Assembly (NCBI GenBank): GCA_903842085.1
Contig: CAIMLA010000043.1
Coordinates: forward strand, 1,563 to 65,562
Direction: 5' to 3'
Length of the DNA stretch: 64,000 nucleotides
Origin: an uncultured bacterium
GTDB taxonomy: Bacteria > Patescibacteriota > CPR2 > UBA1875 > CAIMLA01
The notes under the pieces were generated by a model. The model had not been told where the DNA came from and made no database searches. It was given only the letters and a program-made list of their open reading frames with translations. Of the stretch, positions 21,958-32,013 are shown piece by piece. Numbering within the stretch: the first letter of the stretch is position 1; the number at the start of each line of letters is the position of its first letter. The position numbers and the translations under genes are program-made.

Positions 21958-22290
21958 TTGGCTAAAACAAGCTTAAATGATATACTAATGACGTTTATGA
22001 GAAAAATTACCAAAGAGCAGGTGGAAGATCTAGCAAAATTAGCTCGTCTTGGGCTAACAGATGCAGAGAAAACTTCATTGGCAAGAGAAATGACGGTGAT
22101 TTTGGAGTATTCAATGTTACTCGACGAGGTTGACACAAAGGGGGTGCAACCAACAAGCCAAACCACGGAACTTAAAAATATTTTTCGTAAAGATTGTAAA
22201 GTTATTTCAGATATTGATATCAATGAAAAGTTACAAAATGCCCCTGTCAAAGAAAAAAGCTTTATCAAAGTAAAAAAAGTATTAGAGTAA
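21958..22290 (+). CDS. gatC: Asp/Glu-tRNA amidotransferase subunit C
   Basis: LAKLARLGLTDAEK...LLDEVDTKGVQPT is the GatC pattern. The start may lie slightly downstream (MTFMRK...). Confidence 0.8.
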   Translation: MAKTSLNDILMTFMRKITKEQVEDLAKLARLGLTDAEKTSLAREMTVILEYSMLLDEVDTKGVQPTSQTTELKNIFRKDCKVISDIDINEKLQNAPVKEKSFIKVKKVLE

Positions 22291-22296
22291 GATAAG

Positions 22297-23760
22297 ATGG
22301 CTAACCGAACAATCATCGAACTGAATAATAAGATTGAACAAAAGACGATAACTCCTTCTCAAATATTGCAGGAGTGTTCTCAAGAGATCGATAGAGCGGA
22401 GGATGAACTAAACGCTTTTGTGACAGTCTTGCCGAAAGAAAGCTTAGAAGCGGCTAAAAAATCTGGAAAAAGAGCAGAATTAGGCAAAAGGCTGAGCAAG
22501 CTCGACGGCATACCCGTAGGGATAAAGGATGTCTTTTGTACTAAAGGAATCAGAACAACCGCCTCCAGTAAAATGCTAGACGACTTTATTCCTATCTATG
22601 ACGCGACAGTCGTCAAAAAAATAACCGACGCTGGAGCGGTCATGATCGGAAAAAATAATTGTGATGCCTGGGCACACGGAGCTTCAACAGAAAATTCTGA
22701 CTATGGAGTAACGAAAAACCCTTGGGATTTAAGCCGAGTCCCGGGAGGCTCTTCAGGCGGTTCAGCGGCGGCAGTCGCAGCCGGAGAATGTCTTTTTTCG
22801 ATTGGGAGCGATACTGGCGGATCGATCCGACAGCCAGCTGGATTCTGTGGCGTCGTTGGTTTAAAACCAACCTATGGTCGGGTCTCAAGATACGGCCTAA
22901 TTGCGATGGGATCATCCTTAGATTGCGTTGGACCAATTGCCATGACGACAGAAGATGTTGCCTTGATCTTAGAAGTAATCGCCGGTCATGATGAAAAGGA
23001 TGCAACCAGTCTTAATCTCCCAGTTCCAAAATATAGTGACAAACTCACTAAGTCGATCAAAGGCAAGAAAATTGGATGGGTCAATGAGTTCTATGAGACG
23101 GGCTTAAATGATGAGATTATAAAAGCCTTAGAGGCGGTTCGTGAAGTCTACGCCAGCTTAGGCGCGGACTTCATTGAGATTAAACTTCCCCATGCCAAAT
23201 ATAGCATCCCAGTTTATTATTTAATCCAACCGGCTGAAGTTAGCTCAAATCTTGGCCGATACGACGGAATAAAATATGGTCATAGTGCCGCCAAGAGTGA
23301 AAATTTAATAGATCATTATTTTAGATCTCGAGACGAAGGGCTAGGCGCTGAAGCAAAACGAAGAATTATGCTGGGCACTTTTGTTTTGTCCGCTGGCTAC
23401 TATGATGCTTACTACAAGAAGGCAATGCAGGTTCGAACTTTGATCAAGCAGGACTTTGAAAAAGCATTTGAGAGTGTTGATATTATTTTAGCGCCAGTAG
23501 CACCAACAACGGCCTTTAAGATTGGGGAAAAAGTTGACAATCCTCTTCAGATGTATCTAGCGGATGTCTTTACAGCCATGGTCAATCTATCAGGTAATCC
23601 CGCCCTGTCACTACCATGCGCTTTTGATAAGCAAAAATTGCCAATCGGGATGCAACTAATAGGCAAACACTTTGAAGAAGAAACAGTCTTAAATTTTGGT
23701 CATCAATACGAAAAAGCAACCGAAAAAGTTGTTTGGCGGAATAATAAAACAGTCATTTAG
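22297..23760 (+). CDS. gatA: Asp/Glu-tRNA amidotransferase subunit A (amidase)
   Basis: Amidase signature GGSSGGSAAAVAAGE and a Ser-cisSer-Lys triad context. Confidence 0.95.
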   Translation: MANRTIIELNNKIEQKTITPSQILQECSQEIDRAEDELNAFVTVLPKESLEAAKKSGKRAELGKRLSKLDGIPVGIKDVFCTKGIRTTASSKMLDDFIPIYDATVVKKITDAGAVMIGKNNCDAWAHGASTENSDYGVTKNPWDLSRVPGGSSGGSAAAVAAGECLFSIGSDTGGSIRQPAGFCGVVGLKPTYGRVSRYGLIAMGSSLDCVGPIAMTTEDVALILEVIAGHDEKDATSLNLPVPKYSDKLTKSIKGKKIGWVNEFYETGLNDEIIKALEAVREVYASLGADFIEIKLPHAKYSIPVYYLIQPAEVSSNLGRYDGIKYGHSAAKSENLIDHYFRSRDEGLGAEAKRRIMLGTFVLSAGYYDAYYKKAMQVRTLIKQDFEKAFESVDIILAPVAPTTAFKIGEKVDNPLQMYLADVFTAMVNLSGNPALSLPCAFDKQKLPIGMQLIGKHFEEETVLNFGHQYEKATEKVVWRNNKTVI

Positions 23761-23767
23761 GAGGAGC

Positions 23768-24526
23768 ATGGGGAGAGCACAGAAATTAAAAGAACAAAGG
23801 AAAATTGAAAAAGCGAAAAATCTTGAACGAAAGAAAAGAAGAAAAGTCCTTTTGTTCAGAGGGATCGCGATAACGGCTGGGCTAGTCATTGTTGGCAGTC
23901 TAGGATTTTACGGTGTGGCTTTGGCCAAAAATCGCTGGTTTAGTAATAATAAAGTTTCACAAGGAGAGGATCTCAAAGTGGATAAAGTAAAAAATAGCAA
24001 TAAGACCTATGCCAAAGCCCCAGAGATGAAGATTGATCCTAGTAAAAAATATATTGCTAAGATTGATACTAACAAGGGGAGCTTTGAGGCTGAATTAGAC
24101 GCAAAAAATGTTCCGATTACAGTCAATAATTTTGTTTCTCTATCAAAGGATAAGTTTTATGACGGCTTATCTTTTCACCGGATCGTTAAAGATTTTATGA
24201 TCCAGGGAGGGGATCCAAAAGGGGATGGCACTGGAGGGCCGGGGTATAAATTTAATGACGAACCAATCGTCGGCGATTACACCCCAGGGACTTTAGCAAT
24301 GGCAAACTCTGGTCAAAATTCAAACGGTTCGCAATTTTTTGTGATGACAGGAGATTATTCGAGCGGGAAACTCCCTAAAAATTATGTTATTTTTGGTAAA
24401 GTCATTTCTGGTATGGACGTAGTCCAGAAAATTGGCGCAACTCCAACGACAAATGGTGGTCAGGGAGAGCAATCAAAACCAACCGAAGTCGTTACGATTA
24501 ATAATATTACGATTGAGGAAAAATAA
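23768..24526 (+). CDS. ppiB: Cyclophilin-type peptidyl-prolyl cis-trans isomerase, membrane-anchored
   Basis: FHRIVKDFMIQGGDPKGDGTGGPGYKF is the cyclophilin core. The start was moved to ATG 23768, downstream of an AGGAGG RBS; the track's 23696 start overlaps gatA. Confidence 0.85.
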   Translation: MGRAQKLKEQRKIEKAKNLERKKRRKVLLFRGIAITAGLVIVGSLGFYGVALAKNRWFSNNKVSQGEDLKVDKVKNSNKTYAKAPEMKIDPSKKYIAKIDTNKGSFEAELDAKNVPITVNNFVSLSKDKFYDGLSFHRIVKDFMIQGGDPKGDGTGGPGYKFNDEPIVGDYTPGTLAMANSGQNSNGSQFFVMTGDYSSGKLPKNYVIFGKVISGMDVVQKIGATPTTNGGQGEQSKPTEVVTINNITIEEK

Positions 24527-24973
24527 ATGTTCCAAACGATTGTCGTCGCTTTAATCGCTTTTCTCCTAGCCTATATAATGGCCTTAGCGATTTTGCGAAA
24601 CAGAAATAGAAAAATAATTAAATCTGGTCAATCAACAATAATGAATAAAAAGTTTGTTCAAGAAAAATGGTCTGAGATCGAGCAGACTTTCGGACTCGGC
24701 GGACCAAGTCATTTTAAGGCCAGCATTATGGAAGCGGACAAATTAGTTGATTATGCTCTCAAAGGTAAAGGCATCAAGGGAAATACCTTTGGTGAGAGAC
24801 TAAAAAATGCCAAATCACAATTTTCTAGTTATTCTGATTATGATAATCTTTGGTTTGCCCACAAAGTCAGGAACAATATTGCTCACGAATCAACCCATGA
24901 TCTGAATTCTGCCGAGGCAAAAAAGGCGATTGAATATTACAAAAAAGCCTTATTAGAAATGAAGGTACTATAA
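24527..24973 (+). CDS. Hypothetical membrane-anchored protein with C-terminal Rx4H (HEPN-like) motif
   Basis: N-terminal TM segment and a C-terminal WFAHKVRNNIAHEST. The HEPN assignment is tentative. Confidence 0.5.
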   Translation: MFQTIVVALIAFLLAYIMALAILRNRNRKIIKSGQSTIMNKKFVQEKWSEIEQTFGLGGPSHFKASIMEADKLVDYALKGKGIKGNTFGERLKNAKSQFSSYSDYDNLWFAHKVRNNIAHESTHDLNSAEAKKAIEYYKKALLEMKVL

Positions 24974-26455
24974 ATGATTAAATACGAAACTGTCATCGGT
25001 TTAGAGATACACGCTCAACTAAAGACTGAGAGTAAGATGTTTTGTTCTTGTGATAATTATTCAGTTGACGCTAAGCCAAACGAAAATACTTGTCCAATCT
25101 GTCTTGGTATGCCCGGAACCTTGCCTGTTCCAAACAAAAAAGCAATCGAATGGGTATACTTGCTGGGGCTTGCCTTGAATGGCAAAATTGCCGAAAAGTT
25201 TAATTTTGAACGAAAAAATTACTTTTATCCAGATTTGCCGAAAGCGTATCAGATTACCTCGAGTACTAAGCCACCGGTTATTGGAGGCAGAGTAGAAATA
25301 GAAACTGAAGGGGTAATACAAAACATTAGGATAAATCATATCCATCTTGAGGAAGACGCTGGAAAACTCATTCACCCGAAGCTTGGAGAATACAGCCTGG
25401 TGGATTTAAACCGAGCCGGAACGCCTTTACTCGAAATAGTGACTGAGCCCGATATGAGAGCTCCTAGAGAGGCCAGAATCTTTATGCAAGACCTCCGCTC
25501 GATTTTACGTTATCTCAGTATCTCTGATGCTAATATGGAGCAAGGGAATCTAAGATGTGACGCCAATATATCTTTACGCCCAGTCGGCCAGAAAGAGCTT
25601 GGCACAAAAGTTGAAATAAAGAATATTAATTCTTTTAAGATGATTGAGCGAGCCATTGAGTATGAAGTCGAAAGACAAATGGAATTGCTTGGTGAGAACA
25701 AAAAAGTTGTTCAAGAAACCAGAGGCTGGGATGAGTCAAAAGGAAAAACTTTAGGTCAGAGAAGTAAGGAGGAGGCTAACGACTATCGATACTTTCCTGA
25801 GCCCGATATTCCCCCCCTTGAACCTTATTCTGGAAAAGAGATTGATTTTGACGAGATTAAAGCATGGCTCCCCGAATTACAGAAGGAGAAAAGTCAAAGA
25901 TTCATCAATGAATACAACCTATCGACTCAGGATGCAGAGATATTGACCAGCGACTTGGAGTTGTCGAGATATTTCGAACAAACTTTGGAAGAACTGCCCG
26001 ATATAACCAAAAACGATGAAATAAAGAAACAAAAAGCAAAAAAAGTCTCAAACTGGATTATTAGTGAGGTCTTAGCGAAATTGAATTTAGCGGGTATTTC
26101 TATTAGCGATTGTAAGGTCAACCATAAAGACTTAGCCGAACTTTTGGATAAAGCCGATCACGGTGAGATAAGTGGAAAAATTGCCAAAGAAATCTTTGCT
26201 GAAATGTTCGAGACCGGGAAGAACTCAGAACAAATCATCAAGGCCAAGGGTCTCTCCCAAATCAGCGATACTGGTGCGGTCAAGGTGATGATCACTGAGG
26301 TGATAAAAGAGAACCAAGGTCCAGTCTCTGATTTTAAAGCTGGTAAGGAAAAAGCCTTTGGCTATTTAATTGGTCAAGTGATGGCCAAATCACGGGGTCA
26401 AGCCAACCCTCAGGTCGTGAACGAAATATTAAAAGATTTATTAGATAAGGAGTAA
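24974..26455 (+). CDS. gatB: Asp/Glu-tRNA amidotransferase subunit B
   Basis: N-terminus MIKYETVIGLEIHAQL matches GatB, and a C-terminal GatB/YqeY-like domain is present. Confidence 0.95.
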   Translation: MIKYETVIGLEIHAQLKTESKMFCSCDNYSVDAKPNENTCPICLGMPGTLPVPNKKAIEWVYLLGLALNGKIAEKFNFERKNYFYPDLPKAYQITSSTKPPVIGGRVEIETEGVIQNIRINHIHLEEDAGKLIHPKLGEYSLVDLNRAGTPLLEIVTEPDMRAPREARIFMQDLRSILRYLSISDANMEQGNLRCDANISLRPVGQKELGTKVEIKNINSFKMIERAIEYEVERQMELLGENKKVVQETRGWDESKGKTLGQRSKEEANDYRYFPEPDIPPLEPYSGKEIDFDEIKAWLPELQKEKSQRFINEYNLSTQDAEILTSDLELSRYFEQTLEELPDITKNDEIKKQKAKKVSNWIISEVLAKLNLAGISISDCKVNHKDLAELLDKADHGEISGKIAKEIFAEMFETGKNSEQIIKAKGLSQISDTGAVKVMITEVIKENQGPVSDFKAGKEKAFGYLIGQVMAKSRGQANPQVVNEILKDLLDKE

Positions 26456-26457
26456 GC

Positions 26458-27006
26458 ATGGAGATTGTAAATGCCTTTATTCAGCCCTTTCTTTTGTTAG
26501 CTCCCAAGATTCCAATTACGATAATTAGCTTTATCATCGGTTATGTTATTATTTGGGTCTTAATATTGATTTTGAAAAAATCAATTGCTTATCTCCGACT
26601 GACAAAATCGGTCCGGGGTCTGATTGTCGGCTGTGCCAGTGCGTTTTTGTGGGCTTTTTTGATCATGCACCTTCTAGAAATATTAGGATTAAGCAGTCTC
26701 ATTGTCCTTATTTCAGGGTCCGCCGTTTTTTTAGGCTTTATCCTAAATCAAGGCTTAGCTCAAACGATTAGTGACATCGCTTCTAGTATCTCTTTAGCTC
26801 AAGACAAGGATTTTAAAATTGGCTCGATCGTTTCGTTAAATGAAGGAAAAACAATTGGCGAGATAATTTCACTTGATATGAGAAAAGTTAGAATTATGGA
26901 CAAAAAAGGAAAATTACATGTCGTGCCAAATTCAATGATAGATAAAGGCGAGTGGATTCTTATGGAAAAACCAGTAAAGCATGAAAGTTATAAATCAAAA
27001 AAATGA
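26458..27006 (+). CDS. Small MscS-like mechanosensitive channel domain protein
   Basis: Three TM segments, then FKIGSIVSLNEGKTIGEIISLDMRKVRIMDKKGKLHVVPNSMI, which resembles the MscS beta-domain. Confidence 0.55.
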   Translation: MEIVNAFIQPFLLLAPKIPITIISFIIGYVIIWVLILILKKSIAYLRLTKSVRGLIVGCASAFLWAFLIMHLLEILGLSSLIVLISGSAVFLGFILNQGLAQTISDIASSISLAQDKDFKIGSIVSLNEGKTIGEIISLDMRKVRIMDKKGKLHVVPNSMIDKGEWILMEKPVKHESYKSKK

Positions 27007-27613
27007 TAACCTCTGGCTAGAGGTTGAGCGGGCCTATGACGAAGAGACACCGTCTGGCTATAAAATGGCCTGCATTGAAGCTGAGAAGGCGTTCAAAAAT
27101 GCTTTGAAAGAAAAGGGCTATCCTTATCGTGATGTTGGACAAACTCTATCACGTTTTAGTTGGAAGTTTTCGAATCGAGAAGATCTGAAAAAGGCGATTA
27201 CAAAAACCGAGCAAATAAAAGAAACCTTTGATTATCAACTTTCAAGCTTTGAGACAGAGGACATCATTGCTGCCTATAAACAATCAATAAAAGATATCGC
27301 CGAAAAAAAACCACTTTCGTGGAAGAAAAAAGCGGTTTGGTTCTACCAAGATTATTTATCTTTCAAAGCGTCGTTCATTAAAAAATTGATTATCGGCACC
27401 CTCATATTCTTTTTGATCATCAAATTTTTAGCAAAGACCTCCCTCGGGCAAAACTTAGTGGCTTTTTTGGTCTCTTTCTCGGACCTTATTTATTCGTGGT
27501 TTATGCTCTTTATAATTCTAATCATCGGAATTGGAATATTAGTGATTATAGTTTTTGCTTATCTAGAAGGTAAAAGAACCAAGATCGAAAATAATGATCA
27601 AAAAAGGACTTGA
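26981..27613 (+). CDS. Hypothetical membrane protein (soluble N-terminal domain plus two TM segments)
   Basis: No recognised motifs. Its start overlaps the previous ORF by 26 nt in another frame, so the true start is uncertain. Confidence 0.45.
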   Translation: MKVINQKNDNLWLEVERAYDEETPSGYKMACIEAEKAFKNALKEKGYPYRDVGQTLSRFSWKFSNREDLKKAITKTEQIKETFDYQLSSFETEDIIAAYKQSIKDIAEKKPLSWKKKAVWFYQDYLSFKASFIKKLIIGTLIFFLIIKFLAKTSLGQNLVAFLVSFSDLIYSWFMLFIILIIGIGILVIIVFAYLEGKRTKIENNDQKRT

Positions 27614-27668
27614 GACAACCGTCATTCCTCTATAAAATGATAGTAGTTGGGGCGATTTGATCATTAAT

Positions 27669-27700
27669 AAAAGGCCGTTTTTTTGAGTGAGGCCTTTTTG
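27669..27700 (+). terminator. Intrinsic terminator upstream of dnaE
   Basis: aaaaggcc...ggcctttt inverted repeat with a 14-nt loop, followed by a T-run. Confidence 0.4.
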
Positions 27701-27716
27701 ATTTATAAGAGGGGAT

Positions 27717-30700
27717 TTGAATACATTGGCAAAAACTAAAACAAAATTTATCCATCTGCACGTTCATACCCATTATTCTTTACTCGATGGGATGGGTAAA
27801 ATTCCAGATTATTTAGATAAAGCCCAAAAATTAGGCATGGACTCCTTGGCGATTACTGACCACGGGGTGATGTACGGAGCGATAGAATTTTATAAGGAAG
27901 CAAAAAAGCGCAACATTAAGCCGATTATCGGCTGTGAATGTTATGTTGCTCCGAGAAAACTAACTGACAAAACGGCTAGAATTGATACTAAGCCGTTTCA
28001 TTTGATTTTGTTGGCCAAGGATTTTACGGGCTATCAAAATTTGATGCAATTAGTCACGACTGCTCATTTGGTTGGCTATTACTATAAGCCTAGGGTTGAT
28101 AAAGATTTGTTGAGATTACATTCAGCTGGTTTAATCGGACTCTCAGCTTGTCTGCAAGGGGAGGTCGCTTCCCAGATTGTGAACGTTAATCGTGAAGCAG
28201 CCAAAAAGGCCGCGCTTCAATATAATGAAATATTTGGACAGGATAATTTTTATTTAGAATTACAGGATCATCCTGACCTTCCTGAACAGAAATTAGTTAA
28301 TGCTGAATTGATAAAATTGTCTAAAGAGACTGGCATCCCGCTAGTCGCCACGAACGATGTTCATTATGCCAACCTTGATGACGCTGAGGCGCAAGATGTC
28401 TTGATTTGCGTCCAGACAGGCCGACTTGTCGCTGATGAAGACCGAATGCACATGACGACGGACAATAGTCTTCGTGATATCGAAAACATGGAATTAGCTT
28501 TTGGCCATGTCCCAGAGGCTCTCGAGAATACTCTTAAGATTGCGGACAAGTGTAATTTGGAGCTAAATTTAGGTGGAATATTGATTCCTGATTTTCCAGT
28601 GCCAGACGGTTACACTCTACGTTCTTACCTCGAAAAATTAGTTGATAAGGGGATCAAGGAGCGCTATGAGGTTATCTCGCCTGAGATTGATGAGCGAATA
28701 AAATATGAACTCTCGGTTATCGAGAAGATGGCTTATGAAGGGTATTTTTTGATTGTTGCTGATTACGTCAATTGGGCTAAGGACAACGGGATTGTGGTCG
28801 GTCCAGGTCGTGGCTCTGGAGCCGGCTCTATTATTGCTTATGCTTTAAAGATTGTCGACATTGATCCGATAAAATATGACCTTCTCTTTGAGCGCTTTTT
28901 GAATCCAGATCGAATCTCCATGCCCGATTTTGATATAGATTTTGCCGATGATCGAAGGCATGAAGTCATCACCTATGTCACCGGAAAATATGGCCAAGAT
29001 CACGTTGCTCAAATTATAACCTTTGGTACGATGGCCGCTCGAAACGCAATTCGTGATGTTGGCAGAGTTTTGGGAATTAGCTATGGAGAGGTCGACAAAA
29101 TCGCAAAGTCAGTTCCTGAGAAAATGAATCTCAAAGAAGCCCTCGTTAGCTCGTCTGAACTGGCAGCCTTTACTCGAGAAAGTGATATTTATAATAAATT
29201 GATTGGTTTAGCTACTAAGCTTGAGGGAGTGGCTCGACATTCTTCGACCCATGCTGCTGGTGTTGTTATTTCAAAAGAACCGCTGGTCGAATACGCACCA
29301 CTTCAGAAAGCAACCAAGGGGGAACTAGCGATAAACACCCAATATGACATGGGGAGCTTGGAAAGTATTGGGCTTCTGAAAATGGACTTTTTGGGTCTTT
29401 CGAATCTTACCATCATTAAAAATACGATGAGAATTGTTAAAAAAGTTTATGGTGAAGAGATTGATCTTTATCATATCCCAATGGATGACAAAAAAACCTT
29501 TGACCTTCTAAGCCGAGGCGATACGACTGGAGTCTTCCAACTTGAGTCGGCCGGGATGAAGCGATATATTAAGGAGCTGAAACCAACCGTCTTTGAAGAT
29601 ATCATCGCGATGGTCGCACTTTACCGACCAGGCCCGATGCAGTTTATCGACGATTTTATCTCACGAAAGCATGGGCGAAAAAAACTTCATTATGATCATC
29701 CCTTGATGGAAAACGCACTTTCAAATACCTACGGGATTATTGTTTACCAAGAACAGCTCATGCAGGTCGCAAAAGATATGGCTGGTTTTTCAGGAGGGGA
29801 TGCGGATACATTGAGGAAGGCAATGGGAAAGAAAATTGCTGACCTAATGAAAAAAATGAGAGAGAAGTTTATCCAAGGATCAATAAAAAACGGAGTCGAA
29901 GAAAAAACCGCTATAAAAATCTTTAATGATTTTGAAAATTTTGCTCAATATGCTTTTAATAAATCGCATGCATCTTGCTACGCCCTTATTGCTTACTGGA
30001 CGGGCTACTTAAAGGCTCATTATCCGGCCTCATTTATGGCGGCCTTGTTGACGAGTGACTACGGAAACTCTGATCGAATTGCCATTGAAATAGCGGAATG
30101 CCAAAGAATGAAAATAGAGGTTTTACCACCAGATGTGAATGAATCTTTTTCTGAATTTGGAGTAGTTAAAGAGACTGGGAAAATTCGGTTTGGCTTATCG
30201 GCGGTCAAAAATGTTGGGATGGGGGTAATTGACGCCATTCTGAAAGCGAGGGGAGAAGGGGGCAAATTTAATAGTATTGAGGATTTTGCTCGTCGAGTTG
30301 GCGCTGGGGAGCTTAATAAGAAAGTTATGGAGAGCTTGATGAAGTGCGGGGCTTTTGATTCTCTCGGGGAAAGGCAAATTCTGTTGTTTAATATGGAAAA
30401 AATAATAAGTTTTGCTGGGCTAGCCCAAGGCCATGCTGCAAACGGACAAATTGATTTATTTGGCGGGAGCGGAGTCAGTCTGCCTCCATTAAAGCTTGAA
30501 AAGCCTGATCACGAATTAACAATGAGAGAGAAATTAAACTGGGAAAAAGAACTTCTGGGGATATATATCTCAGAACACCCCACCAGTGAATATGCCGATT
30601 ATTTTTTGCGAGCAGGGGCAAAGCCGATTCTTGAGATTACGGAGAATCTTTCCAACCAGATGATTCTAACGGGTGGGGTTATTACTTCAATTCAAAAGAT

Positions 30701-31199
30701 ACAAACCAGGACTAAGGAAACAATGTATTTTGTGATATTTGAAGATACTACAGCCAGAATAGAGTTAATTGTTTTTCCAAAAGTGATTAAACAGTACCCG
30801 GAGATATGGGAGGTTGGTCGGTTATTATTAGTTTCGGGCAAAGTTAATACCAAAGACAGCCAAGGGAATCAAAACAATCAAATAAAAATAATTGTAGAAA
30901 AAATAAAAGAAGTGGAGGCGAACTTGGAAGAATTAGATACAAAAATAACAGACCCTTTGATTACGCAATCTGTCAAGGAGGATAAGGATGGGACGATTAG
31001 TATCTATATCCCGAGAGGCACGGCAGCTGAAGCCTTGAATGATATCAAGCGGCAATTGGCTAATAATAAAGGTGAGCATGCTGTCGTTGTCTATGTCCCA
31101 AACGGGGCGAGTGGTCCAAAAAAGGTTCGATTGCCCCATGGGATTAATTACAATGCCAAAATAGCCGAAGATATTTGCAAACGGCTTGCTCGTAATTAG
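27717..31199 (+). CDS. dnaE: DNA polymerase III alpha subunit
   Basis: PHP domain HLHVHTHYSLLDG, polymerase core motifs, and an OB-fold near the C-terminus. 1160 aa. Confidence 0.95.
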   Translation: MNTLAKTKTKFIHLHVHTHYSLLDGMGKIPDYLDKAQKLGMDSLAITDHGVMYGAIEFYKEAKKRNIKPIIGCECYVAPRKLTDKTARIDTKPFHLILLAKDFTGYQNLMQLVTTAHLVGYYYKPRVDKDLLRLHSAGLIGLSACLQGEVASQIVNVNREAAKKAALQYNEIFGQDNFYLELQDHPDLPEQKLVNAELIKLSKETGIPLVATNDVHYANLDDAEAQDVLICVQTGRLVADEDRMHMTTDNSLRDIENMELAFGHVPEALENTLKIADKCNLELNLGGILIPDFPVPDGYTLRSYLEKLVDKGIKERYEVISPEIDERIKYELSVIEKMAYEGYFLIVADYVNWAKDNGIVVGPGRGSGAGSIIAYALKIVDIDPIKYDLLFERFLNPDRISMPDFDIDFADDRRHEVITYVTGKYGQDHVAQIITFGTMAARNAIRDVGRVLGISYGEVDKIAKSVPEKMNLKEALVSSSELAAFTRESDIYNKLIGLATKLEGVARHSSTHAAGVVISKEPLVEYAPLQKATKGELAINTQYDMGSLESIGLLKMDFLGLSNLTIIKNTMRIVKKVYGEEIDLYHIPMDDKKTFDLLSRGDTTGVFQLESAGMKRYIKELKPTVFEDIIAMVALYRPGPMQFIDDFISRKHGRKKLHYDHPLMENALSNTYGIIVYQEQLMQVAKDMAGFSGGDADTLRKAMGKKIADLMKKMREKFIQGSIKNGVEEKTAIKIFNDFENFAQYAFNKSHASCYALIAYWTGYLKAHYPASFMAALLTSDYGNSDRIAIEIAECQRMKIEVLPPDVNESFSEFGVVKETGKIRFGLSAVKNVGMGVIDAILKARGEGGKFNSIEDFARRVGAGELNKKVMESLMKCGAFDSLGERQILLFNMEKIISFAGLAQGHAANGQIDLFGGSGVSLPPLKLEKPDHELTMREKLNWEKELLGIYISEHPTSEYADYFLRAGAKPILEITENLSNQMILTGGVITSIQKIQTRTKETMYFVIFEDTTARIELIVFPKVIKQYPEIWEVGRLLLVSGKVNTKDSQGNQNNQIKIIVEKIKEVEANLEELDTKITDPLITQSVKEDKDGTISIYIPRGTAAEALNDIKRQLANNKGEHAVVVYVPNGASGPKKVRLPHGINYNAKIAEDICKRLARN

Positions 31200-31297
31200 T
31201 TTATTAATGTTGTTGACTGAAAAACAATATTTAGCTATAATTAGTCTCGCGTTTAAGCATTTCTTTGTTAACGCTGGTTTATATGAAAGGCGATGAG

Positions 31298-31942
31298 ATG
31301 ATCGGTAAAATAAATGATAAACAACTAAAAAACGTTCCACAACTAGCCCCCGGTGACACTGTTCGTGTTCACGCGAAAATTATTGAAGGCAGCAAAGAGC
31401 GTATCCAGATATTTGAAGGAGTCGTCTTAAGAGTCAAAGGGGATGGCATCAATACCTCATTTACGGTTAGAAAAATATCTTATGGTGTTGGGGTAGAGAG
31501 ACTATTTTTATTGCACTCTCCGAAACTAGCTAAAGTTCAGGTTGTCAAAAGAGCTAAAGTCCGCCGAGCCTATTTGACCTATCTAAGAGAATTGAGAGGC
31601 AAGAGTGCTAAACTTCGGGATAAACAATTTGATGCTTTAGCGGTAAACATTAAAGAAGAAGAGCTAAAACCAGAGGACTTGGCACCACCAAAGATTGAGG
31701 AAGCAGAAGAAACTCAGAGCCAACCCAGTGAATCAATCAACATCTCGTTAGCGGAGAGTACTGAAGAAATCGCTGAGGAAGAGACAAGATTAGACGAAAC
31801 CGCTGAACTGGCAGATATGGATGAGTCAGAAGCCCCTGAAGTGGAAGTCACTGAAGGCTTAGCCGAAGCACAGAAAGATATTGAAAATGCAGAAGCACTT
31901 GAGGGCAAACAAGCCGAAAAAAAAGTTGAAGAACTTACATAA
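31298..31942 (+). CDS. rplS: 50S ribosomal protein L19 with long acidic C-terminal extension
   Basis: [26 protein letters not shown]...[21 protein letters not shown] is the L19 core. The start was moved to ATG 31298. About 100 extra Glu/Ala-rich residues follow the conserved domain. Confidence 0.85.
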   Translation: MIGKINDKQLKNVPQLAPGDTVRVHAKIIEGSKERIQIFEGVVLRVKGDGINTSFTVRKISYGVGVERLFLLHSPKLAKVQVVKRAKVRRAYLTYLRELRGKSAKLRDKQFDALAVNIKEEELKPEDLAPPKIEEAEETQSQPSESINISLAESTEEIAEEETRLDETAELADMDESEAPEVEVTEGLAEAQKDIENAEALEGKQAEKKVEELT

Positions 31943-31945
31943 ACA

Positions 31946-31975
31946 ATAAAAAGAACCGAAAGGTTCTTTTTTCTT
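31946..31975 (+). terminator. Intrinsic terminator after rplS
   Basis: agaacc-gaaa-ggttct followed by tttttc. Confidence 0.5.
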
Positions 31976-32013
31976 ATTCGGTCGATATCGACAGATAGTA
32001 GTATAATTTCAAT

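Noticed and set aside
23696-23767. Upstream extension of the cyclophilin ORF overlapping the last 65 nt of gatA
   Set aside because: An AGGAGG SD and an ATG at 23768 immediately after the gatA stop give a far more plausible start. The extension has no support.
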